Of a stretch of 64,000 nt of DNA, positions 10,701-22,100 are shown one piece after another. Both the position numbers and the translations under genes were made by a program. This DNA is from a virus (taxonomy: Duplodnaviria > Caudoviricetes), in the IMG/VR virus record IMGVR_UViG_3300004241_000001, positions 32,001-96,000 of that record; one strand, given 5' to 3'. How positions within the stretch are numbered: position 1 is the stretch's first letter; the number at the start of each line of letters is the position of its first letter. A model generated the notes under the pieces. The model did not search any database. It was given only the letters and a program-made list of their open reading frames with translations, and had not been told where the DNA came from.

Positions 10701-13093
10701 ATTTTTTAAACCAATGCTGCTTATCTTATGATGGAAATTATATTTATAGCCTTGGAGGCTCTTATAGAGATTATCAATTGCCCGGCCCCGATGAATACAC
10801 CTGGGATTGGCATAATAGGTTATATCTTTCTAGAAATCTCAATAGATACAATATATCATCAAATACGTGGGAATCTCTTACGGCTCCTTTAGTTGGTATT
10901 GCTGGAGGAACTTTACAAACAGATTCCACAGGTATATATGTATTTGGTGGGTATAGGGTTGATGGTTCAGGATTCTACTCCAGTAATTCAGCTCATAAAA
11001 TATATGATTATTCTACCGGATATGTTTTCGAGCCATATGGAGGAGTGCCTGAATCATTTGGAATATCTGGATGTATTTATGGTTCTAAATTTTTAATTGC
11101 CGGCGAAGGAGTTTATTCAATAGATTTAGTAAAAATGAAGGTAAGTCAGGCAATAGATATAAAACCAATAACTGACTACTGCTTATTTAGCTTCGCTACA
11201 ACAAAAAGAAGAAAGATATCTGTTTTAGTAAAACACCCATCAAAAAATGAAATTTATGCATGGCCTCTTGAAGAAACAATAATTGAGCCTGGAGTTTATA
11301 AAAGAGAAAATGGAATAAGATGGGATTTTGGTTTAGACTTTGAACAAAGATTTGGGGATTTTTGTGATAAAATATTTCTTTATCCAAATGACTCAGATGA
11401 TAATTATGTTTATTCGACAATCTATGAGGATTTGGAAATAACATCCGAATACGATCCTACGGTTACTCATAAAAGAACTCCTCCATTTTACATTGTTAGA
11501 CTTAATGTTAAACTGGATAAATATTTACTGAATACTCTTGGTTCGGCCACAATAAGTTCAGATATACAAATGGATGTTCCAATAATAACTCATTCTGATA
11601 TGTATAAAGATGGAGCGTTTAAACTTGCTATAGAAGATGTTTTCCCGTCTCAAGTGCAAGTTGGAGGCTCTGTCATAGCCCCATTATCAGTTAAAAAAAA
11701 TAATATAACATTAATTTTAAATGATATGGTTTATGTGGATGTTATTGTTCAAAGAAATGATGGCGCGAATGTCAATCAAATAACCCAATCTGTTGACGAG
11801 TATGGAAGATATCCTAACTCAGCCCAAAGAAATGTTATTACAGCAGCATTAATTGACGAAATAAAATGGGATTTGACGGATAGTAGCGGTATTTATGTAC
11901 CTATTAACTCTAAATATAAATTTAAAATCATAAATGCTTTTGGTGTTAATGGAGAGGCTGTTATTTTTACAACAGCCACAAGTGATAATATCCTTCCAAA
12001 TCCAATATTTAAACCAATATCTACAACAAATACTGTAACTACAACAAAACAATCATTAAATGGTTCTGTATCAAGTTCTACGTCAGTAGTGACTACAAAG
12101 ATAATGAAAGACTGGGTTTATAATGATTCTTTTGTTTCACTATTTGATATAACTCCTTCTAAATACTACTCATGGCAAGAATCTATTCAAGTTCCTAAAA
12201 CGTTACCGAATGGAACGGTAATTGGAAATACTACTACGATAATAACAAAAACATTAACAAATAAATCTTTTGGATATAACATAACAATGGATACAGACAA
12301 AGAAAGGGTTTCTACAACATTTGATCAGTTAGGAACTATTTCGTTTAAAAAAGAATTTAGTGGAAATACTTCAAATATCTTTGCCGGCGCTTTAATGGAT
12401 GTTGAGCTTGGAACAAATGATATTGAAAAAGTTACGTCGGAATATCTTAACGATTCTCCTCATGTAAAATCTACAAAGGCGTATATAGCCAATCCAGAAG
12501 TATCGCAAGATATCTATGTTAGTTTTGAATATTTGCTATATTCTCCTATAAGAACTGGATATCCAAGTGGAGAGTTAACTTTCGTAGATAAGAATGGCCA
12601 AACGGTAAGTTATGTTGATCTTTCGATTAGCGAAGCCATAAAAAAATACTGTTTGGCTCCAGTATTTTTTGTTGCTTATAAAACAGATAAATTATCCTAT
12701 AAAATAGTTAAATCAGATATGATAAAATTGACTCCAAGTAGTAATCCAGAAGGAACCATGTCTGTTGCAGGAACAAAATTTACAATACCAAAAGCTACAG
12801 ATTGTTCAGAAATAGATTTAATCGTAGGGGTTAAATTTGGAGATTCATTCAAATTGACAAGAACTTCAAACGACCCTCCTGGAAAACCATCGGGATATGT
12901 TGCAAATTTGTTTTCATCAGATCCAGAGCTATATTATTTTGTTGACTATGCTAAAACGCAATCATTTAATCCCGGGATAAATTTATATTTCGATAATTTT
13001 CAAACCATACTTGGAAGTGAATATCGAAAAATAACTTATTCTGAACAGCCAAAAGATAACGCAAAAACATCAGGAATATTCGAAGTAATATAA
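7787..13093 (+). CDS. Tail tip / baseplate hub protein with Kelch beta-propeller and FlgD-Ig-like domains
   Basis: Hub-like motifs (FTGVITDIQVSE, GFRMFFDKDGKLNI, GMPFLNIGDCIDI); about six Kelch repeats (IYALGG, LYVFGG, VYLISG, IYSLGG, IYVFGG with downstream W) at ~10240-11130. Confidence 0.75.
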   Translation: MDNFIYQTVNDNVSGKSGIASSCFYCEIFQGGLYDFHAKNKTTFSPNNGYDIITATKMRGETEVSYSVERSDVSLWTKFSPISFQKNFSVGQSKTINFTLPYNMFSYNMSTGIFTGNNDLTNFNFTLSKGYLVRLYSGFFSDDNTAAIYQDDNGQHTERQFTGVITDIQVSEDDGTLTIAASDYSVIFLNQLNYNYPDIVSYRDAAEDTEDVIVGGSTYKSPIRIQPDNLFADIANQQFIPAYDNWKVIDAIKDICIKSNFPVERIAFGFMNSDKIRLGKSKEYPFMKTQSKYIQTTATTIEEVVKISGIDAESLDDAKYKFDFGKNLWDCLSTICEDFGFRMFFDKDGKLNIKDVGVGTFYQDFTGTELQIIENNVYGWTAQDLTNYTNCTIKTSISGYKIEARFISKDAELPATTVRVYYNSNLLATVNVRALSKYDAETVTLFESDSPSGLFYFQCADTAYLNCLYYYTPEQQNNPIITLDTTKNVKITQSNLSNQEIRNQVISIGKPNASEPLISKSIDFTSIYGGENIISSLEFSNGIDAVSESKGDFLSNGKKDKYENVIFNPSSFTIKCDGSKPSPKILKIYFKQDSTYIGKTITINTTDSTFSQTISQYDLTNFGMFINIPTITTKVNGKYVIQLSCASAQSFYLSEVECFNNDISYNYAGFLKELMIVKDNVSDKSSNDWAAKTLIETHRGNSHQVEAEAIGMPFLNIGDCIDIYAPELGFAQDKNFYVTGISDSGTDISYTSKISLSAIPPVKSIQWMPDIDETKFTGDIYDFTIQIKEKDNVSGDAKGIIGGEFENISGLPGDMKNFKHGRMIAYDSVNGKIYALGGSSTWMTDTWITRMTPTKYFAIYDISTKTWTQGSMPVATCFGFACCYNGDLYVFGGTNNAANILKYTFSTSTWSNYGSLSFNFQYGGAAIKDNMVYLISGWSGSSSEYPVGGCYSYDILTKTITTLATLNSSNGYFLNQCCLSYDGNYIYSLGGSYRDYQLPGPDEYTWDWHNRLYLSRNLNRYNISSNTWESLTAPLVGIAGGTLQTDSTGIYVFGGYRVDGSGFYSSNSAHKIYDYSTGYVFEPYGGVPESFGISGCIYGSKFLIAGEGVYSIDLVKMKVSQAIDIKPITDYCLFSFATTKRRKISVLVKHPSKNEIYAWPLEETIIEPGVYKRENGIRWDFGLDFEQRFGDFCDKIFLYPNDSDDNYVYSTIYEDLEITSEYDPTVTHKRTPPFYIVRLNVKLDKYLLNTLGSATISSDIQMDVPIITHSDMYKDGAFKLAIEDVFPSQVQVGGSVIAPLSVKKNNITLILNDMVYVDVIVQRNDGANVNQITQSVDEYGRYPNSAQRNVITAALIDEIKWDLTDSSGIYVPINSKYKFKIINAFGVNGEAVIFTTATSDNILPNPIFKPISTTNTVTTTKQSLNGSVSSSTSVVTTKIMKDWVYNDSFVSLFDITPSKYYSWQESIQVPKTLPNGTVIGNTTTIITKTLTNKSFGYNITMDTDKERVSTTFDQLGTISFKKEFSGNTSNIFAGALMDVELGTNDIEKVTSEYLNDSPHVKSTKAYIANPEVSQDIYVSFEYLLYSPIRTGYPSGELTFVDKNGQTVSYVDLSISEAIKKYCLAPVFFVAYKTDKLSYKIVKSDMIKLTPSSNPEGTMSVAGTKFTIPKATDCSEIDLIVGVKFGDSFKLTRTSNDPPGKPSGYVANLFSSDPELYYFVDYAKTQSFNPGINLYFDNFQTILGSEYRKITYSEQPKDNAKTSGIFEVI

Positions 13094-13097
13094 TTTA

Positions 13098-13126
13098 TTG
13101 ACGGGAATGTTATTTTAATATAAAAT
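13098..13126 (+). promoter_or_regulatory. Sigma70-type promoter
   Basis: TTGACG, 17 bp spacer, TAAAAT. Confidence 0.55.
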
Positions 13127-13157
13127 ATTAGAAATTTTATAGAATGGTGATGATAAA

Positions 13158-16100
13158 ATGAACAATTTACCTTATGTTGTCCAAAATCAAATAAATAAAT
13201 CAATAGATGAAGGAAAAGTCCAAAAAATAAATACTAATATCCAAGAGGATAACGTAAAAGATTTGTCTTTTTCCAATTCTTCGAAATCCACAACCAATAT
13301 AAAGCCAGAGCCTCCAAAGGTTTCTTATTTTTTAAAAGTAATAAATAAAAATACGTTTGGCGTTAATTTTTCTGCGCCATTATCTATTTTTGATGACGTA
13401 GGCTCAGCCCGTTCGGTATATGGAGATACCTATTCGATAATAAGAGATGGAGTAATAATAAAAGAAAATATAGCGGCTCCATTGTCTTATATTGATACAA
13501 ATGTAGAATACGGTATGTCATATTCGTATCAAGTCATAATAAATACGTTATCAGGATTAAGCAACTCTTCAAGCCAAATACAAATGTCTGTAATTGATTC
13601 ATCTATTCCACATACTCCTGATAACTTTACCGTTTATTTTGATAATCCAAAAGATATAGATATTGGAACTACAAAGATAAAATTTAATCAAAATATGGAC
13701 GAAGATTACAAAGGAATGAGAATTATCTACAAAGAGTCCAATTTAGCTGATACAGAATGGAAAGAGTCAAAATTTGTTAATCAGGTTGGAGATCAAGGTA
13801 GTGAAGCCACTACATTAATAAGCGGCCTTGTTAAAGGGAAATATTATGATTTCGCAATACAGGCAATGGATTATTTTGGTAATGTATCAGAGATAAATAA
13901 ACAGGAAAGCGTGAGACTATTTGATAATGTTGCTCCAAATCCAGTTAATAATTTCTCTGCCGCATTAATGAACAGTTCTCCAATTCGGTCAAAATTATCA
14001 TGGACGGTTCCAGTTCCTATTGATGGAATATCAGACACTACTGGATATAAGATACAAAGAGCAGCTATAACGACAGGACAGCAAATATATTCTGATTTAA
14101 CCACTATAAACTCTCATGATACATTGATATTTGAGGATTCTACCGTCGAATCGGGAACTTCATATATCTACAGAATTTCTTCATTTGACGAAAACAATAA
14201 TATGTCAGACTATACTTATTCTGATATTATAAAAATAGAGTCAATATCTAATTCTATTGATATATCAGTGCAATATCAAAATGCTGGAGAAACTACATTT
14301 CCAATAACAGTAACCGCAACAAATATTCCAACTACTGGGGTTGGAAATACTTTTGCCATTGTTATAAATAAAAAATCTACTGGCCTTCCAATAAGTTTAA
14401 AAAAAATAGCATCAAGGGTATCTTCGTCAATACAGACGGTATCGATAGTATTTAGCTATACAGATTTATTAGAGGATTTTGTAAAAAATATATCAAGTGA
14501 AACATTTTTAGCAAATGATTTCGAAATTAGATTCTACGAAAGAATTACAATAATAAGAAATACATGTAGATTTGTTGATTTATTTGTAAAAGATTTATCG
14601 ATAGACTTTAGACCGCCTGCGGTTCAAAATTTTCTAATAACATATGATGCAAAAAATAAAAAAATATATATGTCTTGGGATAAGCCATCATTTTCTATAT
14701 TATCCGGTTATGTTATAAAATATTCTGGAAAGACTACTCAAAAAACTTGGGATAATTCAACTCTTGTTAAAGAGATTTTTATTAGCGATACATTGAATAC
14801 TGTAATCGACGTTCCACCAGATATAAACTTAAATGATCCTCAAACATTAAGTTATTTTTCTATAAAATCGATATCAAAGTTTAATTTTTCATATATATCT
14901 GCAAATTTTACTAAAGTAATTGGTTTATCAAATTCCATATTATCATCGTCTGCCACATTTAATTCTTTAACTATTTATGGAAAATTGCCAGCAGTTACAG
15001 GACAAGTTGTAATAGGTGGCGCTCAAGAAGTTAATATTAAATTTACTCCTCTTGATTTAGAAGGTGTAAGCGAATATTGGATATATGCTTCTTATACTGC
15101 CTCTGATTTAGATGCCCCAACTGATGAAATGATAGAGTGGAAAGGTAAAGCATCTATAGCAAATATTAAAAAAATAGCCGGCGTAGAAATACCAAATGAA
15201 ATAAGAACCATATATTTTAAAATGCTTGCAGTTGACTATCAACAGATAAAAGGAACTATATCTGATTTGTTTTCTGGAATATCTCACGATAGTATGGTTC
15301 CAGAATATACCGTATCTTTTTCTCCAAATATAATAGTTGAAAAACTTATATCTGGAAATTCTTTATCTGTATCTTTAATTTCAAATGATGATTCAGGATT
15401 TTCTGCAACTGGGGCATTATATGTTTCTTTGGACGATGGAGAATTTATTGCAAAAACTTATACAAGATCAAATGAAAATAAAACAATAACATATTCAGAA
15501 ACATTTTCATCTATTGCTGATGGCGAGCATAAAATATGTTTTAAAGTATTTGATGTTTATAATAATTTGTTAACAACTCAGTGGTATCCTTTTGAAGTAG
15601 ACATAAGCGTTCCTTCAACATTGCCAGCGCCATATATATTAAAAGATAATGCTTTTGTTCAGACTCAACAAATTGCGTTAAGTTCAAGAACATATCTTCC
15701 GTTGACTGGAATATCTGAATCAATAGACATATTTAATTCTAAAACGGTTCAAGTATGTTTACCAGAATTTACTACTTGCTCAAATTTTTCTCATATCAAA
15801 ATGTTTATTGCTCAATATAATATCTCTACAAGCAGTTACGGAAGCTATGTTGAAATAAAAATGCCACAGTCAGCAAATCTTGATTCTAATGCTGTCGTGT
15901 CAGACTTTAAAGCGACGGTAACATTTGAAGAGGATATACCAGATTTTAAAATAAAAATGATACAAGTAAAGAAAAATGTAGTTATTGGTGATATAAACTT
16001 TGCGATTGCCTCTTCTAAAAATAAAATAGATACAACTCCTCCGCTAATAAAAGTAAATTCAATGAGATATGAAAATGACGCATCTCTTGAAAATGTAGCA

Positions 16101-19100
16101 AACAATAATTATATAAACTCAAGAATTATAAATGGTGGATTAATAATAGATTTAACTATTATTGAAACCAATTCTGGATTATGGTCAAGCTCTATTGATG
16201 TTGAAAACTTAAGGATGCCAGTTTATTATCAAGTTAATGGTGGCGCAAAAACTCCATTACTCGAATATGGTTCGCCTATGTTTAAATCTCCATTTTTTAT
16301 TCCAAAAGAAAAGTTTTCTTCATTTGGTGAAGGAGAGAAAGTCACAATAACGATATATGCAATGGACAACGCTTTGAAAATTGGAAGTTTAAATATAGTT
16401 AAAATAATGAATAAAGTTGCCCCGGACAACGTAACATCGCAAAAGGCAATATTTGGTATTGAATCAAATAAGCCAGTTATTAAAATTTCATATACAAAGC
16501 CATTTGTTTCTGATCTTGCTGGAATTAGATTATATGAATCTGGAGTTTTAATAAAAGAAACTCTTGGTGAAGTTATGTCTATTCCAACTTCAAGCGGAAG
16601 CGATAGGGCTTTTGTTTTAAAATCTGTTGACGTTGCAGATAATGAATCGTCAGGCGTTTCATTTACCGCTCATAACTATGCTCCATCGACTGTTACTGGT
16701 TTAAATGCAGAGTCAGATATAAACGCACTATCATTGTCCTGGAACCATGTTATAACTGATACAAATGGCGATCTAATGACTGACTTAAAATATTATGAAG
16801 TTTCATATTCTAAATGGGATGGAGTTATAGTTGAAAAGACTGTTTCAAATAGATTTTTAATACAATTATCAAAAGAGGATATGACATACTATAACGCCAA
16901 TCAGTCTATTTCAATTACTGACATAAAGATAAGAGCAATTGATTATTTTGATTTAGCTGGAAGTTATTGCACTCCTACTACTGGCCGGCCAAGATTTATA
17001 GAGGCAGTTGACATGACTGACAATGTATTTAAATTTGTTGGAACGTCAAATAGATTTACTGGAGATTTAACGAATTTATTTGACAACTCTTTTAGAGGGT
17101 GGTCGATTGCTTCTGTTATCTCCGATGATTGGGTTCAAGTTGATATGCTTAAACCAGATTTTATATCAGAAATGAAATTAAAATTTTATGGAGGGCTTTT
17201 ATCAGCGTCTACAGCTATAAGATTTATTATGGCATATTATGATTGTTCAACATCAACAAAAGCATGGAAATATATTTCTGCAAGCAACTCTTCACATGAT
17301 ATTGGAACAGCAGTCGATAGACAAACTGATGAAACAACAGCAAGGTCAAGATATTTTGAATACACTATCACTAAGGCTGACCAAGGAACAGAGGAAGATA
17401 AATTAAATGCGTTTTCTATTTCTATGTTAAAAACTGGATTAAGTAAGGCCACATTTTATGCTAGTACAGTAAAAATAATATTTTTAAGCGCATGTGCAGA
17501 TTTAGGTTTTACTGCTTTTCTGCCAAAAACAAGAAGTATTTATAATGAATTCTATGGCGATATAATGTACTTATCAAGTATGGCGGCAATAAGAAGTTCT
17601 GAAGACCCAGACACTTATATGACACTTGACAAAGAAAAACTAACTTTAACTAAAGACTCCAATTTAAAATTAAAACTTGGTAAATTATATGATGATTCAT
17701 ATGGCCTATGGGCTTATGACAACGTTTTGCTTGGAGGAAGCGAATCCGCTCCGCAAATGAGAGTTAACACCACAGAGATACTAATTGGCGGTGGCGTTTC
17801 AGGATATTATAGTTCTAGAGTAAGCGGAGATGGTATTCAGGCAGGGTATAGCGAATCACTATCTCAATATAATATTTCTCTTTCTGAATCATATATGATG
17901 ATTGGAGCGTTGGGAAGTAATTTATATGCTTCAAAATTTTCTACTTCGAAAGTATTACTTGGATATATTCCTGCAATAGATGATTATTTGTTTTCCGCTG
18001 ACTTTGCATCATCATTAAGACTTTCAATGAGAAGCAATGAAATAGGAAATCCTATTCATTTTGAAGTAGGAGCTTATACAGTATATGATGGAGGAACCCC
18101 ATATATAAAAAATACTGTTTGGTCAAAATCTATGGTTATAAGTGATGATAGAAACTCAATATTATATGAAGCCATTGGAACGTCTCTATTTATAAGCAAG
18201 TACTCTCTTACAGAGCAAGCCGTTAGAATTTATGGAGGGTATTCTGGAACACAAACTGTTGAACAATATATAACAAAAATATCTGGAACAGGAAATTTGA
18301 CGACTGGTTTATACTCTTCGTCTGGATACGCTGGATTAAAAGGAGATGGATTAACTTATGGTATATGGGGATTAAGTTCTGCTGGAATTGGTTTATTTGG
18401 ATATTCTAACTCTGGATATGGAATAAAAGGTCAAACTGAAAGCGGGTATGCAGCAATATATGGATATACAACTGGTAGTGGAGCTGGTCTAACTGGTGAG
18501 TCAACAAATGGATATGGCGTAAGCGGAGACTCTGACAATAGTTATGGTGGATATTTCTCTACAAGTAATGGCGCATATGGTTTATATGCTTTATCTGGAA
18601 AGTCTAATGGTATTGGAATATATGGCGAAGCAACTTCATATGGAATATGGGGTCATGGATATAGTGGCCCTGGAATTTATGCTACAACAGCAGGATATGT
18701 TTCTTTGAGATCTGCTCAAAAAACAGAACTTGTTGGTGACACTACATTTAGCGCACAAATATATGCATTAAGCATGGCCGCCGGGGTAGGAACTCATGCT
18801 GTAAAATGGAATAATGCAACGGGTCAACTTACATATGACAATTCTTCATCTCTTCGTTATAAGCACGATATAGAGAGACTATCATTTGATATAAACCAAT
18901 ACAATAATATTCTTCCATCAAAATTTAAATATAATTATGACAACTCAAATGATATTGGTTTTATCGCAGAAGAGATGGCAACTCTGTTCCCAGATATTGT
19001 AGTATTTGATAAAAATGGACAGCCAGACGCAATCAAATATGATAGAATATCAGTTTATAACGTTTTAGCAAATCAATATAATAATAAAAAAATACAAGAA

Positions 19101-19157
19101 TTAGAAAAACAAATATCAGAGCTTAAAACATTGGTTGACCAATTATTAAATAAATAG
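13158..19157 (+). CDS. Central tail fibre with FN3/Ig repeats, a Gly-rich beta-helix and a C-terminal peptidase S74 chaperone
   Basis: FN3 motifs (YDFAIQAMDYFGNVS, YIYRISSFDENNNMS); GYGIxG repeats; SSSLRYKHDI...IGFIAEEM...IKYDRI plus a coiled coil at 18843-19157. Confidence 0.85.
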   Translation: MNNLPYVVQNQINKSIDEGKVQKINTNIQEDNVKDLSFSNSSKSTTNIKPEPPKVSYFLKVINKNTFGVNFSAPLSIFDDVGSARSVYGDTYSIIRDGVIIKENIAAPLSYIDTNVEYGMSYSYQVIINTLSGLSNSSSQIQMSVIDSSIPHTPDNFTVYFDNPKDIDIGTTKIKFNQNMDEDYKGMRIIYKESNLADTEWKESKFVNQVGDQGSEATTLISGLVKGKYYDFAIQAMDYFGNVSEINKQESVRLFDNVAPNPVNNFSAALMNSSPIRSKLSWTVPVPIDGISDTTGYKIQRAAITTGQQIYSDLTTINSHDTLIFEDSTVESGTSYIYRISSFDENNNMSDYTYSDIIKIESISNSIDISVQYQNAGETTFPITVTATNIPTTGVGNTFAIVINKKSTGLPISLKKIASRVSSSIQTVSIVFSYTDLLEDFVKNISSETFLANDFEIRFYERITIIRNTCRFVDLFVKDLSIDFRPPAVQNFLITYDAKNKKIYMSWDKPSFSILSGYVIKYSGKTTQKTWDNSTLVKEIFISDTLNTVIDVPPDINLNDPQTLSYFSIKSISKFNFSYISANFTKVIGLSNSILSSSATFNSLTIYGKLPAVTGQVVIGGAQEVNIKFTPLDLEGVSEYWIYASYTASDLDAPTDEMIEWKGKASIANIKKIAGVEIPNEIRTIYFKMLAVDYQQIKGTISDLFSGISHDSMVPEYTVSFSPNIIVEKLISGNSLSVSLISNDDSGFSATGALYVSLDDGEFIAKTYTRSNENKTITYSETFSSIADGEHKICFKVFDVYNNLLTTQWYPFEVDISVPSTLPAPYILKDNAFVQTQQIALSSRTYLPLTGISESIDIFNSKTVQVCLPEFTTCSNFSHIKMFIAQYNISTSSYGSYVEIKMPQSANLDSNAVVSDFKATVTFEEDIPDFKIKMIQVKKNVVIGDINFAIASSKNKIDTTPPLIKVNSMRYENDASLENVANNNYINSRIINGGLIIDLTIIETNSGLWSSSIDVENLRMPVYYQVNGGAKTPLLEYGSPMFKSPFFIPKEKFSSFGEGEKVTITIYAMDNALKIGSLNIVKIMNKVAPDNVTSQKAIFGIESNKPVIKISYTKPFVSDLAGIRLYESGVLIKETLGEVMSIPTSSGSDRAFVLKSVDVADNESSGVSFTAHNYAPSTVTGLNAESDINALSLSWNHVITDTNGDLMTDLKYYEVSYSKWDGVIVEKTVSNRFLIQLSKEDMTYYNANQSISITDIKIRAIDYFDLAGSYCTPTTGRPRFIEAVDMTDNVFKFVGTSNRFTGDLTNLFDNSFRGWSIASVISDDWVQVDMLKPDFISEMKLKFYGGLLSASTAIRFIMAYYDCSTSTKAWKYISASNSSHDIGTAVDRQTDETTARSRYFEYTITKADQGTEEDKLNAFSISMLKTGLSKATFYASTVKIIFLSACADLGFTAFLPKTRSIYNEFYGDIMYLSSMAAIRSSEDPDTYMTLDKEKLTLTKDSNLKLKLGKLYDDSYGLWAYDNVLLGGSESAPQMRVNTTEILIGGGVSGYYSSRVSGDGIQAGYSESLSQYNISLSESYMMIGALGSNLYASKFSTSKVLLGYIPAIDDYLFSADFASSLRLSMRSNEIGNPIHFEVGAYTVYDGGTPYIKNTVWSKSMVISDDRNSILYEAIGTSLFISKYSLTEQAVRIYGGYSGTQTVEQYITKISGTGNLTTGLYSSSGYAGLKGDGLTYGIWGLSSAGIGLFGYSNSGYGIKGQTESGYAAIYGYTTGSGAGLTGESTNGYGVSGDSDNSYGGYFSTSNGAYGLYALSGKSNGIGIYGEATSYGIWGHGYSGPGIYATTAGYVSLRSAQKTELVGDTTFSAQIYALSMAAGVGTHAVKWNNATGQLTYDNSSSLRYKHDIERLSFDINQYNNILPSKFKYNYDNSNDIGFIAEEMATLFPDIVVFDKNGQPDAIKYDRISVYNVLANQYNNKKIQELEKQISELKTLVDQLLNK

Positions 19158-19192
19158 TAAAATATACTAAACTTTAGAAAGGAAGAACTTAA

Positions 19193-22100
19193 ATGACTAT
19201 TAATTTCCCTGATTCAATAGATACGACCGCAACCCTATTAAATCCTTTTAATAAACATAAATGGACAAGCCGGCTTAAAACATTAATTGCTGAAGCCGAA
19301 ACAATATTAACATTAACAGATTTATCAGACATTCCTGCTGATGTTGCAAACAATTATATTGGAATTGATGATGAAATAATGTTTGTTGTTTCTATCGACA
19401 ATACTGGAAGCGATAAGAAAATAACTGTTACGAGAGGGCAAGGGAATTCTACCGCTGCTCCTCATTCTGCTGGCGTAGAAGTTCTTCAAGTTTATACCGC
19501 AGAGTACCATAAGAAATTAGTTGAAGCAGTAATAGCAATAGAAACATATGCAAAATCTGGTGGAATTGTTATAACTAATCTAACGCAAATTACAACCAGA
19601 AAACATAATGATTTGCAGGAGATAAACACTGATATAAATTATCAGCATCTTACAACTACTGAAAAATCTGATATAACTCTAAAATCAGGAAGTATAACAC
19701 AGATTACAACCCGTAATCACAATGACTTACAGAACTTAAATGCAACATCCGCTCATCCGTCAGCATCAATAGATAACACAGCTACATCTTACGGAAGAGG
19801 TTTAGCAACAACTGATAATACCGTTCAAAAGATAGCAGATAGAGTTAATCAGAATGGAACTCCTGCATTTAAAACTGATAAAAGCAAATGCAGTCTTATG
19901 TTGCCTTTCAAAGATGGATTAACTGATAACACTAATGCAATTACGCCTATTGGTTATAATACTGCTGTTAAAAGAGCAACTGACAATTTCATTAGTAATC
20001 CAGAGGCTTCTATTTCAGCTACATTAAAGCAGTTTGAAGGTGATGAGAGTAAATTTGGTTCAGGTATTGCAGTTGAGGAAAGTCGAACTAATTTACTATT
20101 GCAGTCAGATGACTTAACAAATGCGGCATGGACTAAAACTAATTGCACAGTTACGCTTGATAGAGTATTACCTGACGGCAGGAAGTTATTTAAAGTTATT
20201 TCAACAGGTGCAAATTCTTACATTAGTCAATCAATTACATTTTCAGCAACAAGTTATAATACTTCTATGTTTATTATAAATCAAAGTGGCAAAGCTATTG
20301 TCGTTGGCGAAGGTGTAGCCAATTTAATAATAAACGAAAACAACATATCAAAATTAACAAAAATAGATGGAACGGCAATATTAACATCTGGTACACGAAA
20401 TTTAACTATTGAAATAGGTTCGGCAACAGCCGGCGATACCTTTTATATTACCTCCCCTCAACTCGAAGCCGGTGCATTTCCAACATCATACATCGCAACC
20501 GGTGCAACAGCAGTTACAAGACCAACTGGAAAATTAAGCTATAATTCTTCAATACTTAATGGCAAAACCGATTTTACTTTGTCATTTTTGGCAAAACCTA
20601 ATTTCAATTATGATTCGGCAACAAGCAAGACTTTTTTATATGCCGCCAATGCAGATGATTCAAAATTTTGGGATATAGAATATTATTCACCGACAGATAA
20701 ATTTAATGCTTATATGGGTTCAGTTACAAATGTAATATCGACATCAGCCTATACTAATAATACTGATTTGCAATCCTGGAAGCATTTTGTAATTAAACAG
20801 TCAGGTGTTAATTCTTATTTTTATGTAAATAACACATTAATCGGAACAAGAACAGATGCCGAAGCAGTTGATATTACAAAATTTCAGCTAGGTTATTTTG
20901 ATGGCACAACGGCTAATAGTAATATTTCAAACTTCGCAATTTTTAATTATGCTTTAACCACAGATGAAATAGCTCAGATTTATAATTCAGGACTTGAAGG
21001 AAAGCCTATTGAATTATCTAACGATAAAACAGTAGCGGAAGCAGATAGACTTTCACCTAATATAAATGCAGGTAGTAATAAAGCACAGTTTATAACAGAT
21101 AAATCAAAGTGCGTTATGCTTCATGATTTCAAAGGAACTTTAACTGATAAATCAGCCGGCATTAGGGCAATAGGTTCTGAATCAGTTAATAAATGGACTG
21201 ATAACTTTGTTAATATTGCTACTTCTAAATCGATAGCAACTAATCTGTCAGCGACATTCTGTCAGTTTGATGGTGATGAAGCTAAGTTTGGTTCAGGCGT
21301 AGCATTAGAAGAATCAAGAACTAATCTTGCTTTGCAATCAGTTGATTTAAGCCACGCAACCTGGACAAAATCTAAATGCACAGTAACTTTGGACAAGGTA
21401 TTGCCAGACGGCAGAACCTTATATAAATTAACTGCAACTGATACTGGTTATGCAGTAATAACTCAGTCGATTGCATTTTCAGCCGTAACGCATAATTGCT
21501 CATGCTTCATTCTAAATACAAGCGGAAAGAAGTTTTACTTTGATGATACATCAATAGTTGTTATTGGCGATATGACAGCATACCCAAAATTAACAAGAGT
21601 TAACGGCCAAAGTTCGGTGGCGGCATCAACTCGCAATATAACAATAGGACTTGAAAATGCGGCAATAGGTGATGTCCTTTATTTCACATCCCCTCAAGTT
21701 GAAGCAGGAACTTTTATGACATCTTGGATTGCTACTGGCGCTACAACTGTAACTCGTCCAGTTGGAATGCTCAATTATGCTCCAAGAATAAATAAAGTTG
21801 GCAGTTTTTCAGCATGGATGAAACATTCAGTATTACCGGATAACTCACAAATGATGCCAGCAGGATTTTATACAGCTTCCGATACTCTTGCTGATTCATT
21901 TTTAATATTTGGGAGCAATGGTGCAGGATGGGGGTTCTATAATGGTGGAGGAACCGGAACTACATTTTCATACATATTGCCAGTAAATGAATGGTATAAT
22001 ATCATTATGACGTGGGATGGTTCAACAATAAGCCTTTATATCAATAAAGAATTAGTTGCGACTGCTGCTCAAGGACCAAATTTTGACAAATTAGTTAAAC

